The translations under genes and the position numbers were made by a program. The notes beneath the pieces were generated by a model. That model did no database searches and was not told the DNA's origin. It saw only the letters and a program-made list of their open reading frames with translations. A DNA stretch of 63,676 bases, counting the filler, from Octopus bimaculoides (lineage: Eukaryota): NCBI RefSeq assembly GCF_001194135.2. It is 6 parts of 6 records of this genome, joined end to end, with 100 filler letters (N's around TTAATTAATTAA, not from the genome) between each part and the next. Parts side by side here need not be neighbours in the genome. Positions count along the whole stretch, not along the records: positions 8,418 to 21,059 come from NC_068993.1; positions 21,160 to 31,254 come from NC_068997.1; 4 more parts are not named here. The stretch is one strand, 5' to 3'. Below are positions 11,380 through 23,666 of this stretch, one piece after another. How positions within the stretch are numbered: the stretch's first letter is position 1; each line of letters opens with the position of its first letter.

Positions 11380-13189
11380 GTAAGTGAAGAAGTGTAGTAC
11401 ATCAGTTAACAAATGGAAGTTTATGAAATTAAAGGGAAGATACAGTGGGTCACATAATTGTTAGTATGTATGTTTGTTTGTTATATGTGCGTGTATCTAT
11501 GTATGTGTGTGTAGATGCATGCACACGCACACACATATATGTATGCCCATATATGCATTCATGAATACATTAGTTTTTAGATCCTTGCTGGTCAAATTCT
11601 TTTATCCAGTATCTTCGGATTAACTCAGATATATCACATTTTTCAAATGTTATCTGAACGAATGAAAAATTTTGAAAAGTCTCTTGTGATTTGTATACTT
11701 TCAAATAACCGTTTCAGCGTAGACGTCAAAATCTCAACACTGGACTTTTTGAGCCTAATATTTTTAACCAAGTCGTTGAATTTTTTTTTTTTTTTTACGA
11801 TTGGGATATGTTTTCTTTTCTCCTTGTCTACATCAATGAAATTACGAATTGCATCTTAAACTCCTCCGTACTCGTATGACTTGCATGCTTTCTGCTGAAG
11901 CTGACTGTTCTCTTTCTCTCCTGTCTACATGCCTGTCTATCTCACTTTCTTCCTCTGTCTCTGTTTCTCTGTCTGTCTGTCTCTCTCTCTTTCTCTCCCC
12001 CTCTGACAAAACGGATACGGGGTTCTATCTGGTATGGCACCGAGGTAACAAATGATAGAAAGACCAGATACATGATGGCAGTAAAATGTTGCCAACTCGA
12101 CGTTTGAAATTGTCCATCATGAAAATGTAGCAAATGATTGAATTGTCAATGGATTCCCACCAAACGTTTGCGATATATTCACGGTTCTCTTTTTTTCTTT
12201 TGTATCATCCTGCAAAATAAAACTGTCGCAGCCTATTTTTTTTCCTAATAAATTTTCCTGCAACTAGAATGAATTCATAGTAAATTTAAATTCTAAAAAT
12301 AATATAACTTTTTTAATAAACAAAATTTTATTTTTCAAGCGAGCAAAGACTGTACATCTTACCTTCTAGACTATTATTGTAAGGCTTGGCAGGAGAAATG
12401 AGAAACTCAGAGCTTGTCTTCATCCTCCATATATACTCTGAAATATGCCTTGTATACCAGATTTCAGCGCATGTTTCCACATTTCATTTTCGCTCTTGCT
12501 TTATGTTATATCTTTAGTGACGATATATGATGTGTGTGTACCAAATATAACCGTATAACAATAAGCAATGTAACAATAATCTTTCGCACAATAACAATCC
12601 AATACTCCAACGCAGAATCAATAACGAGACTAACATTCTCACAGTTCTGAATTCTTTATTATCCACAAGGGGCGAAATACAGAGGGGACAATACAAGACA
12701 ATACAAACATGTGGGTAGGTGAAAACGGATGAAAGGGTGAAAGGAAAAATGAAAGATGTAATGATGACGCTCGGCCCCACATCCGGGCGCCATCATTTCA
12801 CTTTTGATTACTTTTGACAAAAATCGGAAGCGTTAATATTAAAATCTGATTTTAAATTTTCAGCACTTATGTATGGTATTTCTTTTTTGTCCATTTTGAT
12901 TTCGAAGTATTTCACTTTCTCGTAATTTTCCAATTTCTTTTTAACTGTTGTATCGATTATCACACATCCCAAATTCGTGGTGATTTGCTTCCAAGCATTT
13001 ACCAATTTCGCACTTTCCAAACTCTTGATTTCGGTTAACAATTGTTTATTCATGAGTTCATAACAAATTAATAATTTTGTTACTTTGTTTTCTTTTTTTT
13101 ATTTTACGGGGAGGGGTTGGGAGTTTTGAGACACCTCTGAGTGCATGCAAGTTTTTTCATGTAAGTTAGGGTAGAGGGAGGACCGTAAG

Positions 13190-13740
13190 GGAAGGGTGTG
13201 GCAAAGTGGGCTTGGATGGGAGATGGGTGGGCGTGGGGTTGGACTCATCACTACCAGTTTGTGTCTTTTGTTTTTCTTTTTCTTTTCTACTTTTTCCTAT
13301 CCTTCTTTGTCTCTTACATCCTTTGATGCTGCCTGTATTGGTTTCTGGTGGAGGCGGAGGTGCTGTTTCCTTTTTGCCAGCGGGTGGTGAAGGGCAGCCA
13401 ACCCTAACGTGACCCTTTTGGCCACATTGGTAACACCTAGGGATTCAGCACTACATCTTCCACCGTAATGGTTTCAATCATATTTTCAATGTCTTCAAGG
13501 GTGGCTTGAATAAGTATCTCCAGCCCTTGCCCATGCTAATTCTTACGGGCCGGGCACTTGGCTTGGACGACTACCACTTTCTCCTCCGAACCTAACAGGA
13601 TCGCGTATACTAACCAGGCTGCATATATCTCTGAGGGTATGTCCTCCACTCTCACCCTGGAAGTTCGTCTTCCAAAGTATGTGGGTAGAAGCAAATAATT
13701 CAATCTACTCAATGCTACATGTTTCAAGGAAATGCCATCA
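13190..13740 (-). mobile_element. L1/Tx1-like LINE ORF1 fragment
   Basis: LLPTYFGRRTSRVRVEDIPSEIYAAWLVYAILL..GLEILIQATLEDIE.. followed by a proline/lysine-rich tail; resembles recalled L1/Tx1-type ORF1 sequence. Confidence 0.45.
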
Positions 13741-14061
13741 CTTCATCGTAATTTTTCTTGTTTTTCAAAATGTGTGAATCTGTGGAATCGACAAGTTTTG
13801 CTCTCACAAGCTATTGAACATTCTGAGGGCTCTATTTCTTAGTCCCCTAATCCATTTTCTTTCTCAAGCAAAAGCAATCATACACCTCTATCTCATGCAG
13901 CTTCTGTATGTATTTCATTAAAAAAAAATGCATTTTACATTACATATATATTTTAATATTTCTTCACATTTTTGCATATGTATAAAAAGTTACGTATGAA
14001 TGTAAGATACTTTAAACTCTCAATGGCATTTTTAGTCTCTGACTACATTGTAAGTCATGTA

Positions 14062-14721
14062 TACCACGTGAAATCAAATAATTATTTGCACTTTCACCAT
14101 AAGATATCTTTATAATTTTCACACTGCCTTCTGCGCATGCCTGCTTATAGTTGGTACTATTGTGGTCACGTGATCGACGTTTGAGCCTAATAGTGCCATT
14201 TTACTTTCTGGCTTTACTGTGTAAGCATGGCCGCTCCACTAGCAATCTGCACCAAAAAAGGACAAAGAGCAGTGATCCGATTTCTCTGGTCGCAAGGTGT
14301 GTCAGGTGCTGAAGTTCATCGGAGGCTTTTAGCACAATACGAGGACAGTGCACTATCGCGTAGAAGTGTGTATGAGAGGATCGAGACCTTTAAAGTGGCC
14401 GGACAAGCGTGACGCACGAAGAGGGAGCAGAATGCCCGTCAACTTCCACCGCTGACGAGGATATTTAGCAAGCTCGAACTGGCTCACCATTACCATCTCT
14501 CGCATCAATGCTCTTTGTTATTCTTTGGCGCATATTGCTAGTGGAGTGGCCATATTAACACTGTAAAGTCAGAAGGAAAAAATGGTGCGATCGGGTTCAA
14601 ACTTCGATCACGTGACCACATTAGTACCAACTATAAGTACTCATGTGAAGAAGGCAGTGTGGCAATAATAAAGATATGTTATGGCGAAAGTGCGGATAAT
14701 TTTTGACTTCCTTCGCTTGTA
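14062..14721 (+). mobile_element. Mariner-derived fold-back element made of two left ends in inverted orientation
   Basis: TA flanks (14060-61, 14722-23); about 220-bp inverted arms; 14227-14412 encodes mariner N-terminal HTH MAAPLAICTKKGQRAVIRFLWSQGVSGAEVHRRLLAQYEDSALSRRSVYE. Confidence 0.85.
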
Positions 14722-16161
14722 TAGAGTGTGCTTAGGTTTTTGTTTCCAGAAATGAAGTCAGGCTCTAAAAAGTGAGAAAGTTTCTTTGTTTAAATCAGAA
14801 CAGTTCACATGGGTTTTATGATTATTTGAATTTGTTGCTATGTGTAAATATGAGTCTGTACATATATGCATGTGTTTATATGTATGTTTGGTGAAGGTGT
14901 ATGAATGAACTTGCAAACTGTATGTATGTGTGTACTTGTTACTATAATTCCGTACTGAATGTGCTTCATTACTACTTATGTGTATGTCTCTGTGTGTATG
15001 TAGGCGCTTTCTCCGTACATATATATGATACATTATATATGTTCATTCCGGGTCCATCAAATGAAGAACCCTGCAATGTTTTATAAATTGTCTCTCTACA
15101 TCACAGCGGTTGTATTTGGAGAATGTATGTTTGTTCTTTTGCTTTTCTCTTCATTATTCAGATTCCCAATACTTCTAAACTGTTATGCAGATCCCTGTCT
15201 AAAGACTCGGCTGGCTGTTAGAGAATGCCCGATTCTGTCCAATATAATTTCTGTGTTTGTTATCAATTATATGGGGAGAGGTCGTATATTTGAATCTTTG
15301 TCGTTACGATCGATTTCAGTTACTCCCGTCTACTGGAGAGTGGTAATTGAAGCACATTATAACAAAACACTCAATTCCAAAAGTTAGTAAGTTTGATCTC
15401 TATGAATCACTCGTTAGCAAATTAGTCCATTATTTAACATTAGTGGGTAGGTTTTCTGGTGATTCGTATGCTAACTGTTCTCTCACATCATTGTTTATCA
15501 GTTTTTGAAATATTGTTTCAATTTTATTGCTAGCTGTGCTTTGATTTGTTTGTATTTTACACTCATTACTATTCTGTGCTCATAATCAGTTATCACCCTA
15601 CATTAAAAATACAAAAACAAATAGAAATAAATACCATGCCACAAAATCTAATCAATCAATTAATCAAGTGTTTATCTCTTTTTTGGGGAAATCCCACAAA
15701 CTTTCCCAACTCGGTGAATTAAATGTTTTCTCAGGTTAGTGTTCATACCTTGTCCTCATTTCTAGCAAAGTTACCAATGTATAACTCAAGTAACTTAGTC
15801 ATGTCGCCACTTCTTGTACTTTTGCTGCATAAATCTCGGACGTTCCGATATTCTCCCTTGAATGTACTTCGCTTTAGCACGTAAAATATTCATCGTTATG
15901 TTTTGTTTTAATTTTGTTTTGGACATTTCTTTAAACGCAATGTTTTGCTTTAATTTTGTTTTGGACATTTCGTTAAAAAAACGACCTGTACCTCAGCCGT
16001 GTGATGAGAGGGAGTGTATGTATATCATGTAAGGGGCACAAAGATTTCTCCGCCTCGTAATATTAATGTTTAAAATCATGAAGACACTTGAATGCACCAC
16101 CCCTAGAAAGTACGAAGTTGTAGGGGAAAATGATTCCTGTTACTACCGCTGTATTGTGGCG

Positions 16162-16197
<36 letters not shown>

Positions 16198-16714
16198 TTA
16201 CCTCAGCTCAGATTGCCATTGGGTTCTGGGAAGAAAAATAGATGAATGCGGGAATAGCAAAGACAGTAAATGTGTCAACAACAATTACAACTATAAAAAA
16301 TGCAGGCACAACAATAATAATAATAAAGATAGCAGCAACAACAGCAGTAGGTACATTAGCTTCAACAACAGCAGTGGTAGCAGCAACAACAATGACAGCA
16401 AGAGAACAACACCAACACCAACAACAATAACAACCACAACAAATACGATGACACAGTAAATGACGTGATGACACCACGAAGAAGCATTCTTTTGCTAATA
16501 TGGCACGAATCAACAAAATGTTTCTTGGTCTCCCTAAACAGTAAGCCATGGCTGATACAAGTAGCACAACACCTGAAAATTAATAGGAAGAAAAACCACG
16601 GTGCAATCTCAGTTGTTTTGTCATCAATTGCCCGGGAAAACGGTGCTATAACGCTGTGTGTCGGCAAAAACCTGACGCCTAACAGGAGCATCAGAGATAT
16701 GTTAGCAGATGTAA

Positions 16715-16931
16715 TATGAGGGGCTTCTGAAAAGTTCCTGGCTTGGGGTAAAAGAAAAATACAGGAAGATCAGGAAATTATGAGGTTATTCAACATGTTC
16801 CCCTCTCATATGTCAGCTGTCCTTTAGTTTTTAGTTTTTCTAGGCCCTGTAAAAGAACACAGAAGGTTAGGCCTCCGACTGGGCCTTTCGCGACACCCTT
16901 AAAACTAGGAAACTTTCAGAACTCACTTGTA
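16715..16931. mobile_element. Mariner/Tc1-type MITE, copy 1
   Basis: Ends TATGAGGGGCTTCTGAAAAGTTCCTGGCT / AGGAAACTTTCAGAACTCACTTGTA; internal sequence shared with 37593-37741 and 51070-51308. Confidence 0.8.
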
Positions 16932-17099
16932 CATGTAGCCAGAGAAAATCAGTTTGGGGTTGTGAAGACCATTTTCATAGTGAATCCTTTGCATTGAGGC
17001 ACTCCATAAGTTTCACAGTCCTCAATCTTTGCAAAACATATTTAGGAATAAGGAACTATTTTGTTAAGAGTTCCACAGGGTTGCATACCTGGTGACTCT

Positions 17100-19500
17100 T
17101 GTCTTGTGTTGGCTTGTAGTGCCGTGACTCGCGACTGGACATAATACATACTGAGGAGTTTTGGCTTTCAACTACATAGGTGATACTATACTGGATCGGA
17201 CCGGTGGATGTGGAAAAGCTGCCAGAGTTTATCCATCTGCCAAATTGAATGGTGATGAGTGTAGCAGTTAAAGGTAAAAGACCAAGATGCCACTTGTTTG
17301 GTGCTGAAAACCACTTCAGAGCTTCCTACTGTACTATTACTACTGACATCATTGCCCCAGCAATAGCAGCTTACAACAGTAACAACAGCAAACAAAATCA
17401 GAGCATGCAGGTAGTATCTTGATAGAGTATTCTGCGGGCCAGCAGATAGCTATAGCAAGGTTATCCATAACATAGTAGTTGGCTACTAGGGCCCACAAAC
17501 TTGTGATCCCTATGATTAACCTAGATAGAATTCAATTGCAGGATCCCGGTTACTGGAAGCTGAATTACTCTTACAGAGGCCTGACTAGTAAATTAGTTAA
17601 ACAGAGGTTGGCTAGGGAAATCAACAACTGATAGTCCAGACAAGTCCATAAATTTTTGTAACGAAATAGTAAATGTGAAGTTAGGCCTAAAGGAGAATAT
17701 ATCTAAGAAGCCTATGCGCTCACGGTGAGATTAGTACTTGACCAATTCCTCGACACGAATGTACGAAGCCTGCGATGTCGATAATGTGAAGAAACATGCC
17801 ATCCCAAACAAGTCGATGAAAACCTCCAACTCACTACATAGATCAGTCGAAAACTTTCCATAGGGTCGGACATCAATACTTGTCAGCTCTCCTGAACACG
17901 ACTGGATTCGGACTCGTCTTAAAAAACTTGATCGCTGCAAAGTACAGCATCACTTGCTCGGGAGTCAGAGAAAAATGGCTACTAGTCGCAACCGCTCAGT
18001 CTCAAGTGATCGGGCCGTCAAGGGTACCGCTCCTTCCTTTCTGGTTGTACTGACTCTAGAGCCATTACTGTAGATGTAGGAAGTTTCGAAGGGTGTCTTA
18101 CGGGAACTACGACACGGAAGATCTGTTTGCATATGTGGACGATGTCAACACAACAGTGTTTGCTCGGGTGCCAGACAGATCGAAAAATCACACTATTCTA
18201 AGTGAATACGAGGCGGTAACACTCACCAAGCAAAGCCGTTGGGCCCGCAGCTCATCACCTAGTGAAGTATGTCATGCAATCCAACAGTGTCTTGGGCCGC
18301 TGGACGGAGGGATCAGTTAAATTGAGGTGACATGTAAGATAGTTAATCTCAGAAATGGGCCGGAGAAGCAGAGGTTCAGACAGAGGAGTCGAATGCATAT
18401 ATCACATTCGTCACCTGCCACCAAACAGTAGTACCTTGCTCCACTTCATGCTGGCTCTTAAACTATTTGCGGAGAACTATTCCACAGGCTAAACAGTTTA
18501 CTTGTTATGAACATCCGATGTGTGACTGACTGGACATGTCATGGCAAATGATGAAAAGACAGGCGCCGAGACTACGATATCTCCAGCGTTTCATTGATAA
18601 TGATCAGGTGGGGTTGTCGTTTGCTAGACATGATTTGGCGTAAGGTTGCGTCTTTGGTAGATCTGCATCAAGACTGTTGTCAGGCATTCCCAGGTCTCTA
18701 CTAATCGGGCAATGTTGTCGGTTGATATTTCGCTATGGTGTTCTTTAGAGGATTAGTGATGGTAAGAGCAGAATATCTGAGTGTTTATGAATATCAGCTT
18801 ACTAATCTTTTTCGAAGGACTTTTGAGCCAGAATGCATCGATAATTTTCAGAAATCCCTGGCCTGAATTTGCTACCGGTGGTTGGGGAACATTATGTGCT
18901 TGTAATAAAGTGTCACCAGCGGCGCCTGTCTGAGATGTGCGCAGAACGACGAAATCGCTTAACACACGCTCGTTCAGTGCTCAAGCTTTGCGAGATTACC
19001 CTGCCACATTCTTTGGCGAGTAGGGAAGGCGGTTTTCCTTTGCATGGTAGCTATGCTGAAAGATGTTGTGAGGTAGACGAGGCTGTAAGGACTGAAGACA
19101 GACACCTTTTTGGTGAAGGTATCATCAACATTTTACAAATTTATTTGGAACGGAAGGTGAAGGAGAACAGGTGGGTACTACCCTAAATAAATTCGTATAT
19201 GGCTGGGCGAATTTATCGAGAATGGCTCGTGTGAATGGAGCTATTCTAAGCACATTCGCTTTTAGACTGAAAATTACAGGGAGAGAGGTATTAGACATGG
19301 TGCTTCTGGTGATCATGGTGACTCGGTATGTTTGGAGTTTCTCAGTCACTAGTGGGTGGTATTCCACTTAGTTGGGAGAATGTTGTTATAATTGTCTTGC
19401 GAATTGTTATTGATTTTATAGTTTATACTTGTTAATGCAAAAACCCACTGTCCTTTGTATTGCACTTAAAGTATTTTTGCACATCCTGTGGCAAATAATC
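17100..19500 (+). mobile_element. L1/Tx1-clade LINE, heavily decayed (ORF1 knuckle, EN end, RT pieces, C-terminal CCHC)
   Basis: VEKLPEFIHLP..VAVKGKRPRCHLFGAENH (about 17210-17330), DPGYWKLNYS (about 17545), CLRCAQNDEIA*HTLVQC (about 18930). Confidence 0.65.
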
Positions 19501-19522
19501 AAATTGCTGTTAGTAGTATTGC

Positions 19523-19582
<60 letters not shown>

Positions 19583-19632
19583 TATCATCATCATCATCGT
19601 CATCGTCGTCGTCATCGTCGTCGTCATCATCA
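19523..19632. repeat. (CAT)n/(CGT)n microsatellite
   Basis: Directly visible. Confidence 0.95.
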
Positions 19633-20229
19633 TTATTGACTTTCGTAGTGTGTGGGCGTCTTTTTGAGTCTCACTATGAAATACGTTTTATTTCAGGCAT
19701 TACCGAATAAGTTTTTCTTTTTTTTTTTTGAGTAATTGTAAAATGAATTCCAACCTCCTAATAAAAACCTGCCACCGATTCACTGGGGGAGACACCAGAA
19801 AAAAAAGGAAAGTATATTTGTAAATTTAAGAACTTTACTTTACGTTGAAAATGGCTATCAGACATAATTACACCACACAAATAGCACCACAATAGTAAAA
19901 AATAAACGCAAAATCAAAGAAAATTAATATTATAGTGAACAACTGATTTTAAAAATACCCCAAATGCTCAAAAAATGTCCCAAATACTTAAATATTTATG
20001 TTGAAGACATTAACAATGACAACAACAATGGCGACTCGTAAAAGAAGTCAAATACTCAATGATAAATGAACTGACAATATTTGGATATACCATATTTTTT
20101 TGTTTTTTTCTTTAAGATATAGAAGAGAGAATTTTGTACATCTTAACAGTATTTCTTTGCTAGAAGAGTTAATTCAAGAGAAAATGTGTAGAAAAACTAT
20201 ATATCTACTTACGAAAATATGAAAGCGGA

Positions 20230-20700
20230 TCAAATTTCCCTTCATGTGTAGTTGAACAAGAAGCCCGCCTGACATAGCACTACAAAAATATCTCCCCTGA
20301 AAAACTCAAAATCCATGACATTATATGCTGTAATTGTAAACTTGAAAATGCATCCAAAATACAGGATGCATTTATCAGGAATATCACTGGCTATACATTT
20401 GTAGTTCAGTGCATGTGTGAAAGAATTAAGAATCACAATAAATTATATTGGACTCCATAAAATATAGTGACACGTAGACCAGTAGCTAGTAAAGACTTAT
20501 CTGCTTATAGTATAGAATAGTGTACCAAACATGTTTAAAGAAACGTGACTTGTATTCTGCGGACATCAAAATGAACTTGCAAGTCCTACGACGCACTCCT
20601 ACAAAAAAATAATAAACCCTAATCTCCAGAGCACTACCAACTAAAACTCTATGGATAGAAATATGTGGAAATATCTTTAGATATTTATATAACAAATACA
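20230..20700 (+). mobile_element. Possible very old R4-clade 3' region (CCHC/RLE) fossil
   Basis: Weak, frameshifted resemblance: CCNCKLEN..IQ.., KNHN..LYW, NKP. Confidence 0.25.
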
Positions 20701-20726
20701 TGAGGATATACCTCGTTCCCTTACAG

Positions 20727-20824
20727 TACCAATTTGCATTGCCACAAGTTAAGCTTAAACCAAAGAGACCAGGCGAAGAGGAACACTTTCTTCAATACGA
20801 CAACGAAAAGTGCAGAGAAAGAAG
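20727..20824 (+). CDS. Candidate 98-nt internal exon (YQFALPQVKLKPKRPGEEEHFLQYDNEKCRER)
   Basis: TTCCCTTACAG acceptor, AAG|GTGAAT donor, open phase 0 to 2; could instead be decayed LINE sequence (another frame gives TVPICI). Confidence 0.25.
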
Positions 20825-21059
20825 GTGAATCAAGATTCACTGTTCTTTGAAAATCAAACATTGTTTTAATAGGCAAAATTACGAATCTGCGGTGCCTGCG
20901 ACTATCCCAGTAAGTTTAAAGGACAAATAGAAAAATGGAGTTCAGAAATACACTGTATGCAAAAAGATAGATTGTGAGAAAATACATATCAAAATTAAAA
21001 TTAAGACATGATATCGAACTTAGAAAAGAATACCCACAAGATTTTGGTGTATGTGTATA

Positions 21060-21159
21060 NNNNNNNNNNNNNNNNNNNNNNNNNNNNNNNNNNNNNNNNN
21101 NNNTTAATTAATTAANNNNNNNNNNNNNNNNNNNNNNNNNNNNNNNNNNNNNNNNNNNN
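21060..21159. other. Assembly linker 44N-TTAATTAATTAA-44N
   Basis: Same 100-bp block. Confidence 0.95.
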
Positions 21160-21241
21160 TATATATGTATATATATATGTATATATATATGTATATATAT
21201 ATGTGTGTGTGTATATATGTGTGTGTGTGTATATATATATA

Positions 21242-21273
<32 letters not shown>

Positions 21274-21308
21274 CGTATGTATGTATGTGTCAATAAACAG
21301 ATAGCAAA

Positions 21309-21353
21309 GGACCACTGATGAGGTCACAGAAGTGTGACGAAAGAACTCTGGCC
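21309..21353 (+). ncRNA. Minimal type I hammerhead ribozyme motif
   Basis: GGACCA-CUGAUGA-G-GUCACA GAAG UGUGAC-GAAA-G AA C-UC^-UGGCC: perfect 6-bp stem II, intact core, minimal stem III, imperfect stem I. Confidence 0.6.
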
Positions 21354-21559
21354 GAGATATAATTAATATAAAATAAAGCTGAAGTAAGTGAACACAAAAT
21401 ATATAGTGCACGTGTCTTTATTGGCTAAACTGTCAACATGACCATCCCCAAATGCAACAAGATGTATATGTCTATATATGTATATATATGTATATGTGTG
21501 TATGTATATGTGTCTAAAAATTCTTAAGGAGGAAACTTACATCCTCATTTTTGACTATA

Positions 21560-21680
21560 TATTGCTGAGTGAACTGGAGCAACATGAAATATAGTGTCTT
21601 GCTCAAGAACACAACATGCAACCCTGTCCAGGATTCAAACTCACAACATCACGATCATAAGCTCGATGCTCTAACCACAC
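21560..21680 (-). mobile_element. tRNA-derived SINE head plus core (family C)
   Basis: Minus strand TGGTTAGAGCATCG (A box)...GAGTTTGAATCC (B box)...GTGTTCTTGAGCAAGACACT...GCTCCAGTTCACTCAGC. Confidence 0.7.
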
Positions 21681-21804
21681 ACACACACATATATATATGT
21701 GCATACAAATAAAAATCCAAATTGACGGGATGGAGCAGGTGAAATCCAGGTTACATGTGTTTCCTAGATAGCAGAAACTCGGAAGTAGTAATTACTCAAA
21801 GAAG

Positions 21805-21976
21805 AGTACTCTACTAGCTACTCATCAGGCCAAAGATACCTTAGTTAAATGAAGGTTACATTGTCGTCTAGGGATCCCAAATTAACTCACTGGAGATTTG
21901 ATCAGGATCCCTTGATGACAATGTAGCCTTCACTTAACTAAGATATCTTTCGCCTCATAGGTAGCTAGTGGAGTAC
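21805..21976. repeat. Long imperfect inverted repeat (about 72-bp arms, about 27-nt loop)
   Basis: GTACTCTACTAGCTACTCATCAGGCCAAAGATACCTTAGTTAAATGAAGGTTACATTGTCGTCTAGGGATCC pairs with 21905-21976. Confidence 0.85.
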
Positions 21977-22001
21977 CTACCTCCTCCTCATCATCATCAT
22001 C

Positions 22002-22160
22002 GTGCCACCAGCACAGGACCAGTCAGCCAGCACTGGCATTGACCACACTCAAATGGTGCTTTTTATGTGTCACCGGAGCCAGTCAGGCGGCACTGGCAAC
22101 GATCATGCTTGAATGGTGCTTTTAACATGCCAATCAGGCAGAACTGTCATCGGCCATGAC
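22002..22160. repeat. Short tandem repeat of about 57-bp units (CCAGTCAG..CACTGGCA..AATGGTGCTTTT)
   Basis: About 2.5 diverged units visible. Confidence 0.6.
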
Positions 22161-22680
22161 AACAAAAAATCATTTTTGGCTAGTAAAGACTGGTTTGAAA
22201 GGTTTAAGAAGCATGTGAACTTACACAATATAAAAGTGACTAGTGAAACAGTAAGTACTGCTACAGAGGTTGTTACTAATTATCTTGAGCAGTTGAAGAA
22301 AATGATTGCTGAAGAAAATTATTACACCATAGCAAGTATACAATGTTGATGAAACTGCACTTTTCTGAAAGTGCCTACCTGCTAGAACTTTTATTTCTTG
22401 AGAAGAAAAAATCATCACCAGAATTTAAAGCTTTTAAAAATTGTCTGACAACTCTTTTGGGAAGAAATGGTATTGACACATCATTCTGTAAATCCAAGGG
22501 CTTTCAAGGGTTACACAAAGTTTAGTTTCTTCTGATCTGGCATTCAAATAAGACATGGATGACTAAAAGCTTTTTCTAATAGTGGTTTACAAACGATTTT
22601 TGTCCTGCAGTAGAAAAGTATAGTGCCAGACAATATTTTCACTTAATATTATGAAAAACAATAGGAAAATTAATTTTGCA
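22145..22680 (+). mobile_element. Tigger/pogo transposase fragment
   Basis: FLASKDWFERFKKHVNLHNIKVTSE..NVDETALF*KCLPARTFIS..FKAFKNCLT..NPRAFKG..W.SNK.WMT..WFTNDFCPAVEKY. Confidence 0.8.
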
Positions 22681-23635
22681 TTACAGCCAAATATTTAGGA
22701 ATGCATTACTTTCATAAAGGGGTTCCTGCATAATAACAAGTATACATAATGACATAAATAATGGAATGAGGGAAAACAACTGTATTGCTAAGTTACAGTC
22801 ATCATACAGTGTATGGAAAAGAAAGCCAACAGAATATTTGACCTCCAGGGGCTAGAAGCAAAAATAGGACACAAGACAGATTGGGTCACATGCCCCCCCT
22901 CCTGCTATGTGTTATATAGACAGGTAGATATGCAAGGCAATGGTATAGGGGTTATAAATCACAACTGGCTAAATGAGGTTTAATGTGTGTTATTAGGGGA
23001 AGGAAGTAACTAGGTGTCAACTTACATGTCCTATATGGTAAAAGTTGTTTACACATACATGGATGCACACTTACATGCATACACGTGTGTGCTTGTGTGT
23101 GTATTGTATCATACAGACAAGAAGGTAATATTTCAAATGCAGTATCACCATGAAAACAGCAGAAAGATTGGGTATATATGTGTGTGTGTGTGTGTATGTA
23201 TGCGTATATATATATATATNNNNNNNNNNNNNNNNNNNNNNNNNNNNNNNNNNNNNNNNNNNNNNNNNNNNNNNNNNNNNNNNNNNNNNNNNNNNNNNNN
23301 NNNNNNNNNNNNNNNNNNNNNNNNNNNNNNNNNNNNNNNNNNNNNNNNNNNNNNNNNNNNNNNNNNNNNNNNNNNNNNNNNNNNNNNNNNNNNNNNNNNN
23401 NNNNNNNNNNNNNNNNNNNNNNNNNNNNNNNNNNNNNNNNNNNNNNNNNNNNNNNNNNNNNNNNNNNNNNNNNNNNNNNNNNNNNNNNNNNNNNNNNNNN
23501 NNNNNNNNNNNNNNNNNNNNNNNNNNNNNNNNNNNNNNNNNNNNNNNNNNNNNNNNNNNNNNNNNNNNNNNNNNNNNNNNNNNNNNNNNNNNNNNNNNNN
23601 NNNNNNNNNNNNNNNNNNNNATATATATATATACA

Positions 23636-23666
<31 letters not shown>

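Noticed and set aside
15025-15387. 120-aa plus ORF with an internal AG acceptor
   Set aside because: No homology recognised, non-ATG start, weak donors; cannot be supported as coding
16130-16480. Poly-L/N/T/Q ORFs with signal-peptide-like leucine run
   Set aside because: Translation of (TTA)n and (AAC/AGC)n low-complexity repeats
21560-21680. tRNA-like A/B boxes here and in family A/B heads
   Set aside because: No full cloverleaf; these are SINE heads, not tRNA genes
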